64,000 nt of DNA from Candidatus Eiseniibacteriota bacterium (GTDB taxonomy: Bacteria > Eisenbacteria > RBG-16-71-46), in assembly GCA_044223005.1 (NCBI GenBank), contig JBGAML010000019.1, positions 37,501-101,500 of the forward strand, written 5' to 3'. Of the stretch, positions 30,601 through 39,163 are shown piece after piece. How positions within the stretch are numbered: position 1 is the stretch's first letter; each line of letters begins with the position of its first letter. The position numbers and the translations under genes are program-made. The notes under the pieces are model-generated. The model was not told the DNA's origin. It searched no databases and worked only from the letters and a program-made list of their open reading frames with translations.

Positions 30601-31149
30601 GCCGTCGCCGTGGTTGAGCAGGACGGAGAGCGAGTCCACCGCGTTGTCGGCCACGAGCAGGTCGAGCGCTCCGTCCGAGTCCAGGTCCGCGATCGTGACC
30701 GCGGCCGGCGAGGTGCCGCACGGGAGATCCAGTCGAGGCCCGAATGCCCCGGTGCCGGTCCCGAGCAGGAGCGAGACCGTCGTGGCTCCCGCATTGGCGA
30801 CGGCGAGATCGAGGCGGCCGTCGCCATTCAGGTCGCCGAGTGCGACCGAAAAGGGGAGCGATCCCGTCGAGAACGTCGCCGGAGTGCCGAGGCGGCCACC
30901 GGGGAGCCCGGGAAACACGGCCACGAGGGAGGCGCCGCGCAGCGCCGTGACGAGATCCAGCCGGCCATCTCCGTCCAGGTCGCCGATCGCGATTCCATTC
31001 GGATTGGAGGGCGCCGGGTAGTCGATCCGCGAGGCGAGCGGGAAGCTCTGCGCTCGCGAACTCGTCACGGTCAGGAGCAGCACCGCGAGGACGGTGAAGA
31101 ACTTCGTGATGGGCGCGGGGTTCGGGAACCCGCAGGCGCGTTGCGGCAT
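27691..31149 (-). CDS. Secreted FG-GAP/VCBS repeat protein + Ig-like domain + DVPNDQGG/FN3 cassette + FlgD-Ig/T9SS-like tail
   Basis: Signal peptide and 14 DxDGDGxxD-type repeats. Then GAPVTLTATVS...Y.GD (Ig-like), VRDVPNDQGG and the tail LELVDVGGRRI...PGLYFLRL. Confidence 0.88.
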   Translation of the reverse strand: MPQRACGFPNPAPITKFFTVLAVLLLTVTSSRAQSFPLASRIDYPAPSNPNGIAIGDLDGDGRLDLVTALRGASLVAVFPGLPGGRLGTPATFSTGSLPFSVALGDLNGDGRLDLAVANAGATTVSLLLGTGTGAFGPRLDLPCGTSPAAVTIADLDSDGALDLLVADNAVDSLSVLLNHGDGTMSAPTRYATGGQPNAIAVADFDGNGLQDVAIAHGALNTVSVRLGTGGGSLGARVDFTVGDQPQSVVTADLDEDGRADLATANLATNNVSVLIGNGQGGFAGHVDYATGNGPRSVVAGDVSRDGRTDLVVCDWQDFLVSVLPGNGDGTFGSRTDLPTGNYPWNLAVADLNQDGHLDIAAVNYQSMSVTIDLAAGAGDLGDRTDVPIGNDQYAVACGDFDGDGDSDAVFPDYVNSLLAVRISDGTGGFTASANLSLPDGAQCRAVALADMDGDGHLDVLAAASGTKQLSLFSGVGNGTFGARTDVMVGANPTAIAVADLDGDGARDVVTANTDSASLTIRFGDGHGAFPRRKDLTTGAGPVAIAIADVDRNGALDIVSANRDANSVSVLFGLYAGNFQAKVDYAAGTAPRGVVAADLNGDDAVDVAACNSGGNTTSVWLNQGFGTLLSRVDHPAGPAPYGLVAGDMNGDGRVDLVEADHSFPAAVSVYLNGGSGTFTTRTPYPLVAAGMAIALGDFDHDGRLDVAAGRQGSQAASILLARGTSSIAVSSSPEPSLTGAPVTLTATVSPVAPHTAATGGSVRFWDGSTPLGTANIVGGVAMLPVWGGIAGRHTYQAVYDGDTRYLGRMSPDRPHRIATTYSPVILSVRDVPNDQGGVVKLSWGAALLDNAVDAAVTGYQLFRSVPTALASKWIEQGVRVVRSPDELGTPTDHVLLLTELEGTVIAWEYVGSQDAFRLAAYSAVLATLGDSSATGNPRTQFMVRGVGTLGRTWDSAPDSGWSVDNLPPAIPALASSHYEQGTTTLAWHANPDADLAGYRVYRGANPAFVPAPANRLATVAGLGFVDAAGAPWVYKLTALDVHGNESTALTIVPLGTAGVDADAPAGFALAPVSPHPVRDGQFHVAFSLPDASAAQLELVDVGGRRIATRDVGVLGAGPHAVAWNRTGLAPGLYFLRLTQGSHRAVERVVVAN

Positions 31150-31332
31150 GGCACGCCTCCTTGCGCGCGTGAGCCGGCACGACGGGCCGTCCCACGTCGT
31201 GAGTGGGGTGACGACACGCGCCGAGGAACGCGGCCGCCCGATCCCGCCGGGCGGCAGCAGGAAGATAGCGCACGGGTCCGCAGCCGGGGCGGCCGGTGTC
31301 CCGGCGGGAAACGCGGCCGGGAGGGATTCGAC

Positions 31333-31379
31333 TGGACAGCGGTTGAACGATCGTTCAAGATGCTTGAACGTTCGTTCAA
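31333..31379 (+). promoter_or_regulatory. Tandem palindromic TetR-type operators overlapping a candidate promoter
   Basis: TTGAACGATCGTTCAA (31343-31358) is a perfect palindrome; TTGAACGTTCGTTCAA (31364-31379) has one mismatch. TGGACA-N17-CAAGAT overlaps the first, and a GGAGG RBS follows. Confidence 0.75.
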
Positions 31380-31390
31380 GTGGAGGTTTC

Positions 31391-32077
31391 GTGACCCCTC
31401 GTTCCGTGCCCGCCCGCAGGCGAAAGGCGTCGCCGCCGCCGGCGGCGCCTCCGCCGCCGTCACCCGACACGCGCACGCGCATCCTCGACACCGCGTTCCA
31501 GCTCTTCCACGAGCAGGGCTATCACGCGACGGGGGTGTCGACGCTCCTGCGCGAGGCGGAGGTCAACTCCGGAAGCCTCTACCACTTCTTCCCGAGCAAG
31601 GACGCGCTGCTGGTCGGCGTGCTCGAGCACGCGCTGGAACTGCTGCGGCCGCGCGTCATGGCGCCCGCCGAAGCGCGTACGGACGATCCGATCGAGCGCG
31701 TGTTCGCGCTTCTGGCCCAGTACCGCGAAGGCATGCACGCGTGGGGCTGCCGCATGGGCTGTCCGATCGGCAACCTCGCGCTGGAGGTGGCCGACGATCA
31801 CGCCGACGCGCGGGCGCTCGTGCACCGCAACTTCGAGAACTGGACCGCCGTGGTGCGGAGCTGGCTCGACGATGCGGGCGACCGGCTGCCGCGCACGGTC
31901 GATCGCGGGCAACTCGCACGGTTCGTCCTGACCGTCATGGAGGGCGGCATCATGCAGGCTCGCGCCGCCGGCACCCTGAAGCCGTTCGACGATTGCGTGG
32001 CGCAGTTGCGCGCCTACTTCGATTCTCTCCAGGCCCTCGCGAACGCCGGGGCCCCCCACCGCCGGAGGAGCCGATGA
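31391..32077 (+). CDS. TetR/AcrR family transcriptional regulator
   Basis: TRTRILDTAFQLFHEQGYHATGV, GSLYHFFPSKDAL and GCPIGNLALE; GTG start after GGAGG. Confidence 0.93.
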   Translation: MTPRSVPARRRKASPPPAAPPPPSPDTRTRILDTAFQLFHEQGYHATGVSTLLREAEVNSGSLYHFFPSKDALLVGVLEHALELLRPRVMAPAEARTDDPIERVFALLAQYREGMHAWGCRMGCPIGNLALEVADDHADARALVHRNFENWTAVVRSWLDDAGDRLPRTVDRGQLARFVLTVMEGGIMQARAAGTLKPFDDCVAQLRAYFDSLQALANAGAPHRRRSR

Positions 32078-33117
32078 TCACCCGTTTGCGCCATTCGTTC
32101 GCCGGACCCACTGCCCTCGTCGTGCTCGCGTGCGTGCTCGCCGCGCCGTCGCGCGCGGCCGCCCCGGACGTCTCGCCCCAGGTGAGCGAGGGCGTCGTCC
32201 GCACGTCGCCGGCGGAACTCTGGAAGGTGTTCACCACGCCGGAGGGGCATCGCAAGCTGGGGGTCGCCCGCTGCGAGCTCGACCTGCGCGTCGGCGGCAT
32301 CATCCGCACCGCGTACGACGCGACGACCGACCTGCACGGGGAAGGCGCGATCCAGAACGAGATCCTCGCCTATGAACCGGAACGCATGTTCGCGTTCCGG
32401 ATCCACCAGCCACCGAAGGGATTCCCGTTCCCGAGCGCATGGCGTAACACGTGGACCGTCGCGACCCTGACTGACCTCGGTGACGGCTCGACGTTCCTGC
32501 GCGTGACCGGCATGGGGTACGACACGACGGCGGAGTCGCAGCGCATGCGCGCCTTCTTCCGCACGGGCAACGACTGGACCCTCAAGACGCTGCAGGCGGC
32601 GTTCGACTCCACCGCGCCCGCTCCGGCGGGACCGGCGCACGCCGCGAAGCCACTCGACCCGATCGCGAAGACGCAGGTGCTGCCGGTGAGCCGCGACGAG
32701 GCGTGGGCGCTGTTCGCGACACGCGAGGGCTGGAAGCGTGTCATCGCGCAGGATGCCGAGATCGAGCCCTGGCCCGGCGGGAAGTTCGAGATCCACTTCG
32801 ACCTGTCCGCACCGAAGGGCGACCAGGGCTCGGAGGGCTGCACCGTCCTGAGCCTGGTGCCGGGCGAGATGCTGTCGTGGTCGTGGAACGCGCCGCCCAA
32901 GCTGCCGTTCGCGCGCAGCCAGCGCACATGGGTCGTGCTGCGGCTCGAGGAACTGGGGCCGCGCCTCACGCGCGTGCGCCTCGAGCATCTCGGCTTCGCC
33001 GAACTCGCGGCCCGCTTCCCCGAGCATCGCGGGGAGTTCGAGCAGACGCGGGCCTACTTCGACCGCGCGTGGGGGATGGTGCTACAGGCCGCGAACGCGG
33101 CCGCCGCGAAGTCCTGA
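32074..33117 (+). CDS. Signal-peptide-bearing tandem SRPBCC domain protein
   Basis: ATGA overlap with the TetR gene; hydrophobic leader ending SRA-A. Two SRPBCC-like units (LWKVFTT...LDLRVGG; AWALFAT...PGGKFEI...GSEGCTVLS...WNAPP). Confidence 0.82.
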   Translation: MITRLRHSFAGPTALVVLACVLAAPSRAAAPDVSPQVSEGVVRTSPAELWKVFTTPEGHRKLGVARCELDLRVGGIIRTAYDATTDLHGEGAIQNEILAYEPERMFAFRIHQPPKGFPFPSAWRNTWTVATLTDLGDGSTFLRVTGMGYDTTAESQRMRAFFRTGNDWTLKTLQAAFDSTAPAPAGPAHAAKPLDPIAKTQVLPVSRDEAWALFATREGWKRVIAQDAEIEPWPGGKFEIHFDLSAPKGDQGSEGCTVLSLVPGEMLSWSWNAPPKLPFARSQRTWVVLRLEELGPRLTRVRLEHLGFAELAARFPEHRGEFEQTRAYFDRAWGMVLQAANAAAAKS

Positions 33118-33119
33118 GC

Positions 33120-33141
33120 GCCGGGGGGCTGGCCCCCCGGC
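33120..33141 (+). terminator. Short GC hairpin after the TetR-SRPBCC pair
   Basis: GCCGGGGGGC-TG-GCCCCCCGGC. Confidence 0.35.
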
Positions 33142-33219
33142 CCCGGTGTTCGCGCTCGTGCGTTGGGACGTAGGGAGGGTGATCCCGTCCATCCTCCACG
33201 TCCCGCCCACGAGGTGTTC

Positions 33220-36200
33220 ATGAACCGGGTCCAGGTGCTGCTGGTGATGACGTCGGTGTTTTCGCTCACGCTCCCGGCGGTGACGCACGCCGGCGTCCGC
33301 CGCGCGCCGATGGCACTCCACGCCGAAGCCTCGGGCTCGGGCCGCGGATTCGCTCCGGCGTCTCCGGCGGGACTCGAATCCGTCCCGGACGGTACGGGTG
33401 GCTTCTACATCGCGTGGAGCGACAGCCGCGACGGCGAGAACGACATCTTCCTGCTGCGCCTCGCGGCAACGGGCGATCCGGCTCCGGGCTGGCCCACGAC
33501 GGGGCTGGGCGTGTGCACCGCGCCCGGCGACCAGCGACTCGTGGGCGTCCTGCCGGATGGCGCGAACGGCGTGGTGGTCGCATGGACCGACACGCGTTCG
33601 GCGGAGATCTCGGGGGACGTCTACGCCCAGCGGGTGAGCAGCGCGGGGATTCCGGCGTGGACACCGGACGGCGCACTCGTCGCGGCACGCCCGCGGCGCT
33701 TCTCCTCGCCGTTCGTCGCCGCCGACGGCAGCGGCGGACTGGTATGCATGTGGCGCGTCGGGAACGCGGAGACCGACGTGTTCGCGTCGCGCGTCGATGG
33801 CGCCGGAAACGTCCCCGCGGGCTGGGCCGTCGACGGCAACTCCGTGTGCGAGGCGCCCGGTTCGCAGGAACCGTCGGCGATCGTCGGGGACGGCGCCGGC
33901 GGGGCGTACGTCTTCTGGTCCGATTCCCGGCCGGGCGCGCCCGGCGCGTACGCGCAGCATCTCACGGCCGCGGGCGCTCCCGGGTGGACGGTGGACGGCG
34001 TGCTCATCGACGGCGGTCGCGTGGGCGAGTACCCGGTGGCGTGCTCCGACGGTTCGGGCGGCGCGCTCGTGGTGTGGGGTGATTCGGGAGCGCTGCGCGG
34101 CCAGCGGCTCGACGCGACCGGGGCCGAGCACTGGACCGCCGGCGGTGTCCTGTTCGTCGCTTCAGGGCCGAGCTACGGCTGGACTCTCGAGCCCGCGCCG
34201 GCGGGTGGAGCCTTCCTCGCGTGGACGGACGGCGTGACCGACTGGTCGGTGCGTGTGCAGCTCCTGACCGCGGCGGGCGCACGCGCGTGGGACACGACGG
34301 CCGTGCTCGTCGCGCAGACCGGGAGCGCCTACACGTACGGGCAGTCCGCAGTGACCGACGGACAGGGGGGCGCGATCGTGACCTGGCTCGACGGTCGCAA
34401 TGCCGTCGACGGAGCGAGCTCGATCTGGGCGCAGCGTCTCGATGCCGTCGGCGCCCCACAGTGGGCGGCGAATGGCGTGCTCGTCGCGGGTGCCCCGGGC
34501 CTGCCGTCGGTGCCGGAGGTCGTCGGCGACGGCGGTGGCGGCGCACGCATGGCGTGGTACGACTTCCGGTCGATCGGTGCGATCGTGGTGCAGCATCTCG
34601 ATGGCGCAGGCGGGGCGCTGTTCGCGGCCGGCGGCCGGATCGTGTTCGACGACGAGGCCTCGCAGTACGGAGGTCGCCCGGTCGCCGACGGTGCGGGCGG
34701 CACCTGGCTGGTGTGGGAAGCAGTCTCCGGCCTGCAGACCGACGTGTTCGCCCGGCACCTCGCGGCGAACGGCCAGCCCGCCGGTGCGACGGTGACCGTC
34801 TGCGACGCGCCGGGCAGCCAGTCGGTCGAGAAGGTCACCGGCGATGGTTCCGGCGGGGTGATCGTGGCGTGGGCCGACGCCCGGCCGGGCGGCTCGGGGC
34901 GCGACTTCTACGTGCAGCGCGTCACCTCGGCCGGGACACCCGCGTGGACGGCGAACGGGCTGCGGATCGCGGGCGGCGCCCAGAGTGTCTTCACGCTGGC
35001 CGTCGACGCCGACGGCACCGGTGGCGCGTACGCGGGCTGGTCCAACTACAGCTTCGATGTCCGGCTGCAGCACGTCGACGCGGCGGGAACGCTCGCGTGG
35101 GGAGCGGGCGGAATCGCCGTCTGCAACGACGCAGCGACGCAGTATTGGATCCAGGTCCGCCAGGACGGTGCCGGAGGTGTGATCGCGGCCTGGGCCGACG
35201 GACGGGACGCGAACGACTTCGGGGTGTTCGCGCAGCGGCTGAGTGGCGCCGGCGCGCCGCTCTGGACCGCCAACGGCGTTCGGGTCGCCTCGTACGGGCA
35301 CCGACAGGGCATCCCGATCGACCTGGTGTCCGACGGCTCCAACGGCGCGGTCATCATCTCGTATTCGAGCACCTACGACCTCCTCACGACGTCGTCGCTC
35401 GACACGCTGCGTGCCCAGCGCATCGACGCGGGCGGCGTGCCGCAGTGGGTTTCGCCGGGGACGGTCGTGGCGTCCCCCGGGGCGCAGATCGACGACATCG
35501 CCGTCTCGGCGGATGGAGCCGGCGGCGTCGTCGTGGCGTGGTCCGACGAACGCACGGCGCTCGCGCGGGTGTGGGCGCAGCGCGTGAACGCGAGCGGATC
35601 CGCGCAGTGGACGGCCGGCGGCGCCGCGATCGGGAACTCCGCGGCGAGCCAGGCGCTCACGGGAATCGCCCCGGACGGTTCGGGCGGAGCGATCGTCGCG
35701 TGGAGCGAGGACTCCGCGGGCGATCGCGACCTGTTCGCGCAGCGGATCGCGGGCAACGGCTCGCTTCCCTGGGGCGCGGGCGGCATCGCGGTGGTGGGTG
35801 CCGCGGGGGGCCAGTACCGTGGCGGCCTCGCGGCCGACGGCGCGGGCGGAGCGTTCGTGGGCTGGACCGACAATCGCGCGGGAACGGTGCGCCACGTCTT
35901 CGCGCAGCGCGTCGGCGCCGGCGGGACGGTCGCGTGGGGCGCCGATGGCGCCACGTCCACGCTCGCCTCCCTGCTGGCGGCGACACTGGACGCGCGCGGC
36001 GCGCGCCTCGAGTGGCGGCTCGCGGACGCCGTACCGGTCACGCTGGAGAGGGCCACGAGCGGCGGTGCGTGGGAGGTGCTCGCCGAACTCGTCCCGGACG
36101 CGGACCACCGGGTGCGCTTCACGGACGAGATGCTCGACCCGGGCGTGAGCCGCGGCTACCGGTTGCGGGCCGCGAACGGCGCCGTCCTCGGCGACGCGGT

Positions 36201-36486
36201 GTGGCTGGCGCCCGTGGACGCGCCGTCCTTCGCGCTCGGTGTCGCCGGCGTGAATCCCACCCGCGGGGCGTTCCGCCTCGCGTTCTCGCTGGCCGACGCG
36301 CGGGGCGCGCGGCTCGAACTCTTCGACGTCGCGGGACGGCGGCTCGAGCAGCGCGCGCTCGACGCGCTGGGTTCCGGGCGGCACACGCTGGACGTCGGGC
36401 AGGATGCCGACGGCGCCGGGGTCTACTTCGCGCGCCTCACGCAGGGCGACCGCACGGCGCGGTTGCGGCTCGTGCGGGTCGACTGA
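33220..36486 (+). CDS. Large secreted repeat protein (16 xDGxGGxxxxW repeats) with FlgD-Ig/T9SS-like tail
   Basis: Signal peptide; repeats xDGxGG(A/V)xxxWxDxR...DxYAQRxxxxG...W...G. Tail NPTRG...LELFDVAGRRL...GVYFARL. Confidence 0.85.
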   Translation: MNRVQVLLVMTSVFSLTLPAVTHAGVRRAPMALHAEASGSGRGFAPASPAGLESVPDGTGGFYIAWSDSRDGENDIFLLRLAATGDPAPGWPTTGLGVCTAPGDQRLVGVLPDGANGVVVAWTDTRSAEISGDVYAQRVSSAGIPAWTPDGALVAARPRRFSSPFVAADGSGGLVCMWRVGNAETDVFASRVDGAGNVPAGWAVDGNSVCEAPGSQEPSAIVGDGAGGAYVFWSDSRPGAPGAYAQHLTAAGAPGWTVDGVLIDGGRVGEYPVACSDGSGGALVVWGDSGALRGQRLDATGAEHWTAGGVLFVASGPSYGWTLEPAPAGGAFLAWTDGVTDWSVRVQLLTAAGARAWDTTAVLVAQTGSAYTYGQSAVTDGQGGAIVTWLDGRNAVDGASSIWAQRLDAVGAPQWAANGVLVAGAPGLPSVPEVVGDGGGGARMAWYDFRSIGAIVVQHLDGAGGALFAAGGRIVFDDEASQYGGRPVADGAGGTWLVWEAVSGLQTDVFARHLAANGQPAGATVTVCDAPGSQSVEKVTGDGSGGVIVAWADARPGGSGRDFYVQRVTSAGTPAWTANGLRIAGGAQSVFTLAVDADGTGGAYAGWSNYSFDVRLQHVDAAGTLAWGAGGIAVCNDAATQYWIQVRQDGAGGVIAAWADGRDANDFGVFAQRLSGAGAPLWTANGVRVASYGHRQGIPIDLVSDGSNGAVIISYSSTYDLLTTSSLDTLRAQRIDAGGVPQWVSPGTVVASPGAQIDDIAVSADGAGGVVVAWSDERTALARVWAQRVNASGSAQWTAGGAAIGNSAASQALTGIAPDGSGGAIVAWSEDSAGDRDLFAQRIAGNGSLPWGAGGIAVVGAAGGQYRGGLAADGAGGAFVGWTDNRAGTVRHVFAQRVGAGGTVAWGADGATSTLASLLAATLDARGARLEWRLADAVPVTLERATSGGAWEVLAELVPDADHRVRFTDEMLDPGVSRGYRLRAANGAVLGDAVWLAPVDAPSFALGVAGVNPTRGAFRLAFSLADARGARLELFDVAGRRLEQRALDALGSGRHTLDVGQDADGAGVYFARLTQGDRTARLRLVRVD

Positions 36487-36511
36487 ATGTGCGCGCCGCC
36501 GCGCGGCCCTT

Positions 36512-38002
36512 TCAGGAGGGCCGCACGGCGCGCACGAACTGCGCGAGATCCCGGCCGAGCGCGGCCAGCGAGGGCTGGTGCACGTACATCATGTGCCCGG
36601 CTTCGTAGTAGCTCATGCTCACGTTGGCCGCCAGGTCGTCGGGCAGGCCGAGGTGGCGGAACGTGTGCTCGGTCGCGAAGTAGGGCGTGGCGAGATCGAA
36701 GTAGCCGTTGGCGACGAACACGCGCAGGTGCGGATTCTGCGTCATCGCACGGCGCAGGGCTTCCACCACCTCGACGTAGCGATTCGAGTGCTCGTCCCAC
36801 TTCCATGCTTCGTTGGTGCGGAAGCTGAGGATCTCGTAGGGCAGGTCGCTCTCGAAGCCGAGCTCACCACGAACGTAGTCGTTCAGCGTCGCCGCGTACG
36901 GTCCCATGACGGCGTCGAAGCTCGGGTCGAACGTCATCTCGCCGCCGACGGCGTCGCGATCGACGCTCTTGTACCGGCTGTCGAGGCGCCCGACCACGCG
37001 ACGCTGGTCGCGCAGCAGCTCGCGGCAGAAATGTCCGATCTCCGGCCGCATGTTCGCGCGTTCGACGTAGTCCGCGGAGAGACCCGTGAAGCGCGCGACC
37101 TTCGCCGCGACGGTCGCGCGCGCCGCGGCGTCCAGGCCGGAGCCCATGAGCAGCGCGGTGGCGTACTCGCCGATCGCGAACGTCTCGGCCTGCTCCAGCG
37201 TGCGCGCGAGGTCCTCCTGCAGCGCCGGCTCGAGTCGTCGGTGATACCAGGCCGTGGCGGTGTAGGCGGGCAGGTAGACGATGCTCGGCAGGTCGTTGGT
37301 CGGCAGGAACTCCAGCGTCTGGAAGTCCAGCACGCAGGAAACCAGCATCAGACCGTTGAGGTACATGCCGTGGCGGTCCTGCAGGTACGACGCGAGCCCG
37401 GCCGAGCGCGTCGTGCCGTAGCTCTCGCCTGCGAGGTACTTGGGGCTCGACCAGCGGCGCTGCCGTGAACACCAGAGGCGGATGAAATCGCCGACGGACT
37501 CGATGTCCTTGCGGAACGTGTGGAAGTCCTTCGCCTTCTCGCCGGTGACGGGACGCGAGAAACCCGTGCTCACTGGATCGATGAAGACGAGGTCGCTCTC
37601 CGCGAGCAGCGTGTGCTCGTTGTCCGTCAGCCGGTAGGGCGGCGCCTGCAGCGTGCCGTCGGCGTCGCCGACGACGCGGCGCGGCCCCAGCGCCCCGAGG
37701 TGCAGCCAGACCGAGGAGGAGCCGGGGCCGCCGTTGAACGCGAACGTCACCGGTCGCGCCCCCGCGTCGGTCACGCCGTCGAGCGTGTACGCGACGAAGA
37801 ACACCACCGCGCGCGCCTTTTCGCCCTCGGCGACGCCTTCCTGCTCACCCTTCTTCTCGCGTTCCTCCTTGAGGACGATCGTCCCCGCGGTGGCGGTGTA
37901 GGCGAGGTCCTTGCCGCCGATCCGGACGGTGTGCTTCGTGACGACGATGCGATCGACGGGCTCGGGCGTGGGCGCGGGCGTGGCTTCGGGCTTCTCGGAC
38001 AT
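36512..38002 (-). CDS. Peptidase S10 (serine carboxypeptidase) family
   Basis: FAFNGGPGSSS, DLVFIDPVSTGFS, GESYG (Ser), GYFDLAT (Asp) and AGHMMY (His). Confidence 0.93.
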   Translation of the reverse strand: MSEKPEATPAPTPEPVDRIVVTKHTVRIGGKDLAYTATAGTIVLKEEREKKGEQEGVAEGEKARAVVFFVAYTLDGVTDAGARPVTFAFNGGPGSSSVWLHLGALGPRRVVGDADGTLQAPPYRLTDNEHTLLAESDLVFIDPVSTGFSRPVTGEKAKDFHTFRKDIESVGDFIRLWCSRQRRWSSPKYLAGESYGTTRSAGLASYLQDRHGMYLNGLMLVSCVLDFQTLEFLPTNDLPSIVYLPAYTATAWYHRRLEPALQEDLARTLEQAETFAIGEYATALLMGSGLDAAARATVAAKVARFTGLSADYVERANMRPEIGHFCRELLRDQRRVVGRLDSRYKSVDRDAVGGEMTFDPSFDAVMGPYAATLNDYVRGELGFESDLPYEILSFRTNEAWKWDEHSNRYVEVVEALRRAMTQNPHLRVFVANGYFDLATPYFATEHTFRHLGLPDDLAANVSMSYYEAGHMMYVHQPSLAALGRDLAQFVRAVRPS

Positions 38003-38076
38003 GGCGGGCTCCAGAATGGCGAAAGGAGATGCGGACGCGCCAGCATGCCACGTCCGCGAACGTCCCGCCCGCGCGA

Positions 38077-38118
38077 GGCGCACCAGCGCCGCGCGGCGGC
38101 GCACGAGCGCCGCTCGGC
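38077..38118. repeat. Intergenic 21-bp tandem duplication
   Basis: GGCGCACCAGCGCCGCGCGGC is followed directly by GGCGCACGAGCGCCGCTCGGC (2 mismatches). Confidence 0.5.
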
Positions 38119-38207
38119 GCTTCGCTCGACCACGCCGATCCCGTTCGTGGCGCGCGTCCCAGCATCGCCGGGGCCGGGAGCGCGATGCCCGGGCCGCGAA
38201 TGCCGAA

Positions 38208-38234
38208 GGGCCCGCGGCGCATCGCCGCGGGCCC
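38208..38234 (-). terminator. Hairpin after the lipoprotein gene
   Basis: GGGCCCGCGGCG-CAT-CGCCGCGGGCCC, a 12-bp stem about 22 nt past the minus-strand stop. Confidence 0.45.
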
Positions 38235-38256
38235 CCGGTTGCGAAACGGTGCAGCG

Positions 38257-38880
38257 TCAGTTCGGCTGGAAGTCGAAGTCCGCGAAGCCCGAGATGTAGG
38301 TGGCGTCGACGTTGGTGGGGAACACCGGGGAGGCGGTGCCGTTGGAGATCCACTGGTAGCCCGTGAGCTGCACGCTGCCGCTCGTGAGCGGGTAGGGCAG
38401 CGCGCCGCCACCCTGGCGCCGGATCTCGTACCACTGGCCCGACGAGTGGATCGCGATCAGGTACGTCTGCCCGGTGGCGAGCGCGACGGGCGTGATCGTC
38501 TTGTACGCGATCTGCCCGGCACCGGCCTGCACGATATCGGCGGACGCGAGCACGGAAGGCGTCGTGGCGAGGTTGCCCCACAGCGTCACCTTGTACGTGC
38601 CGGCTGCGGGCATCTTGCACGCGAGGCGCGTGACATTCCCGGCGCGCGAGACCGTGAACGTCGGACCGTAGTCGTAGTTGCCGCTGCCGGCGCTGGTGCT
38701 CGTGAGCAGCGTGTCCAGCGTGATCGCCTTGATCACCGGCGTCTTCTCGAGCGCCGGCGTCGAGGGCGCGACCGGGTTGTCGTCCTTCTTGGAGCACGAG
38801 GCCAGCGGGAGCGCGACGAGGGCGATGGCGAGAGCGAGCAGCCAGCGGAGCTTGTGGGTGCGAAGCACGTTCACGGGCAT
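38257..38880 (-). CDS. Lipoprotein with DUF4082-like beta-sandwich domain
   Basis: Lipobox LAS-C followed by SKKDDNPVAP. YDYGPTFTVSRAGNVTRL...YKVTLW...ITPVALATGQTYLI. GGAGG RBS. Confidence 0.75.
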   Translation of the reverse strand: MPVNVLRTHKLRWLLALAIALVALPLASCSKKDDNPVAPSTPALEKTPVIKAITLDTLLTSTSAGSGNYDYGPTFTVSRAGNVTRLACKMPAAGTYKVTLWGNLATTPSVLASADIVQAGAGQIAYKTITPVALATGQTYLIAIHSSGQWYEIRRQGGGALPYPLTSGSVQLTGYQWISNGTASPVFPTNVDATYISGFADFDFQPN

Positions 38881-39163
38881 TCCTCCGATCACGAGTGGGA
38901 GCGACTCCCGTCCGGGTGGAAGCGGCCAGCCGGGAAGCGACCCTCCGTCATCGGAAGAATGCGGAATCGACTGAAGGGGAGGATTCACTCTCGCCCGCCC
39001 GCTGGGGTGGGCGGGTGGGGGGCGTCGCCCCGGGCAAGTTCCGAATCCGTGTTCGCACATGCGGTTGCCGCCCGCGATTCGCGTGCTCCCGGAGCGGGTC
39101 CCGGGGCTCCGCCGGTCGCGGAAGTCCGTGGCGCTCGCGCCCGGCATGCGCGATGTTCCGCGG

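Noticed and set aside
29050..32073. N-terminal ~1000 aa of the 1355-aa ORF 29050-33117
   Set aside because: This part is the antisense of the FG-GAP gene and off-frame to the TetR gene. Only 32074-33117 looks like a real gene (RBS, ATGA overlap, signal peptide).
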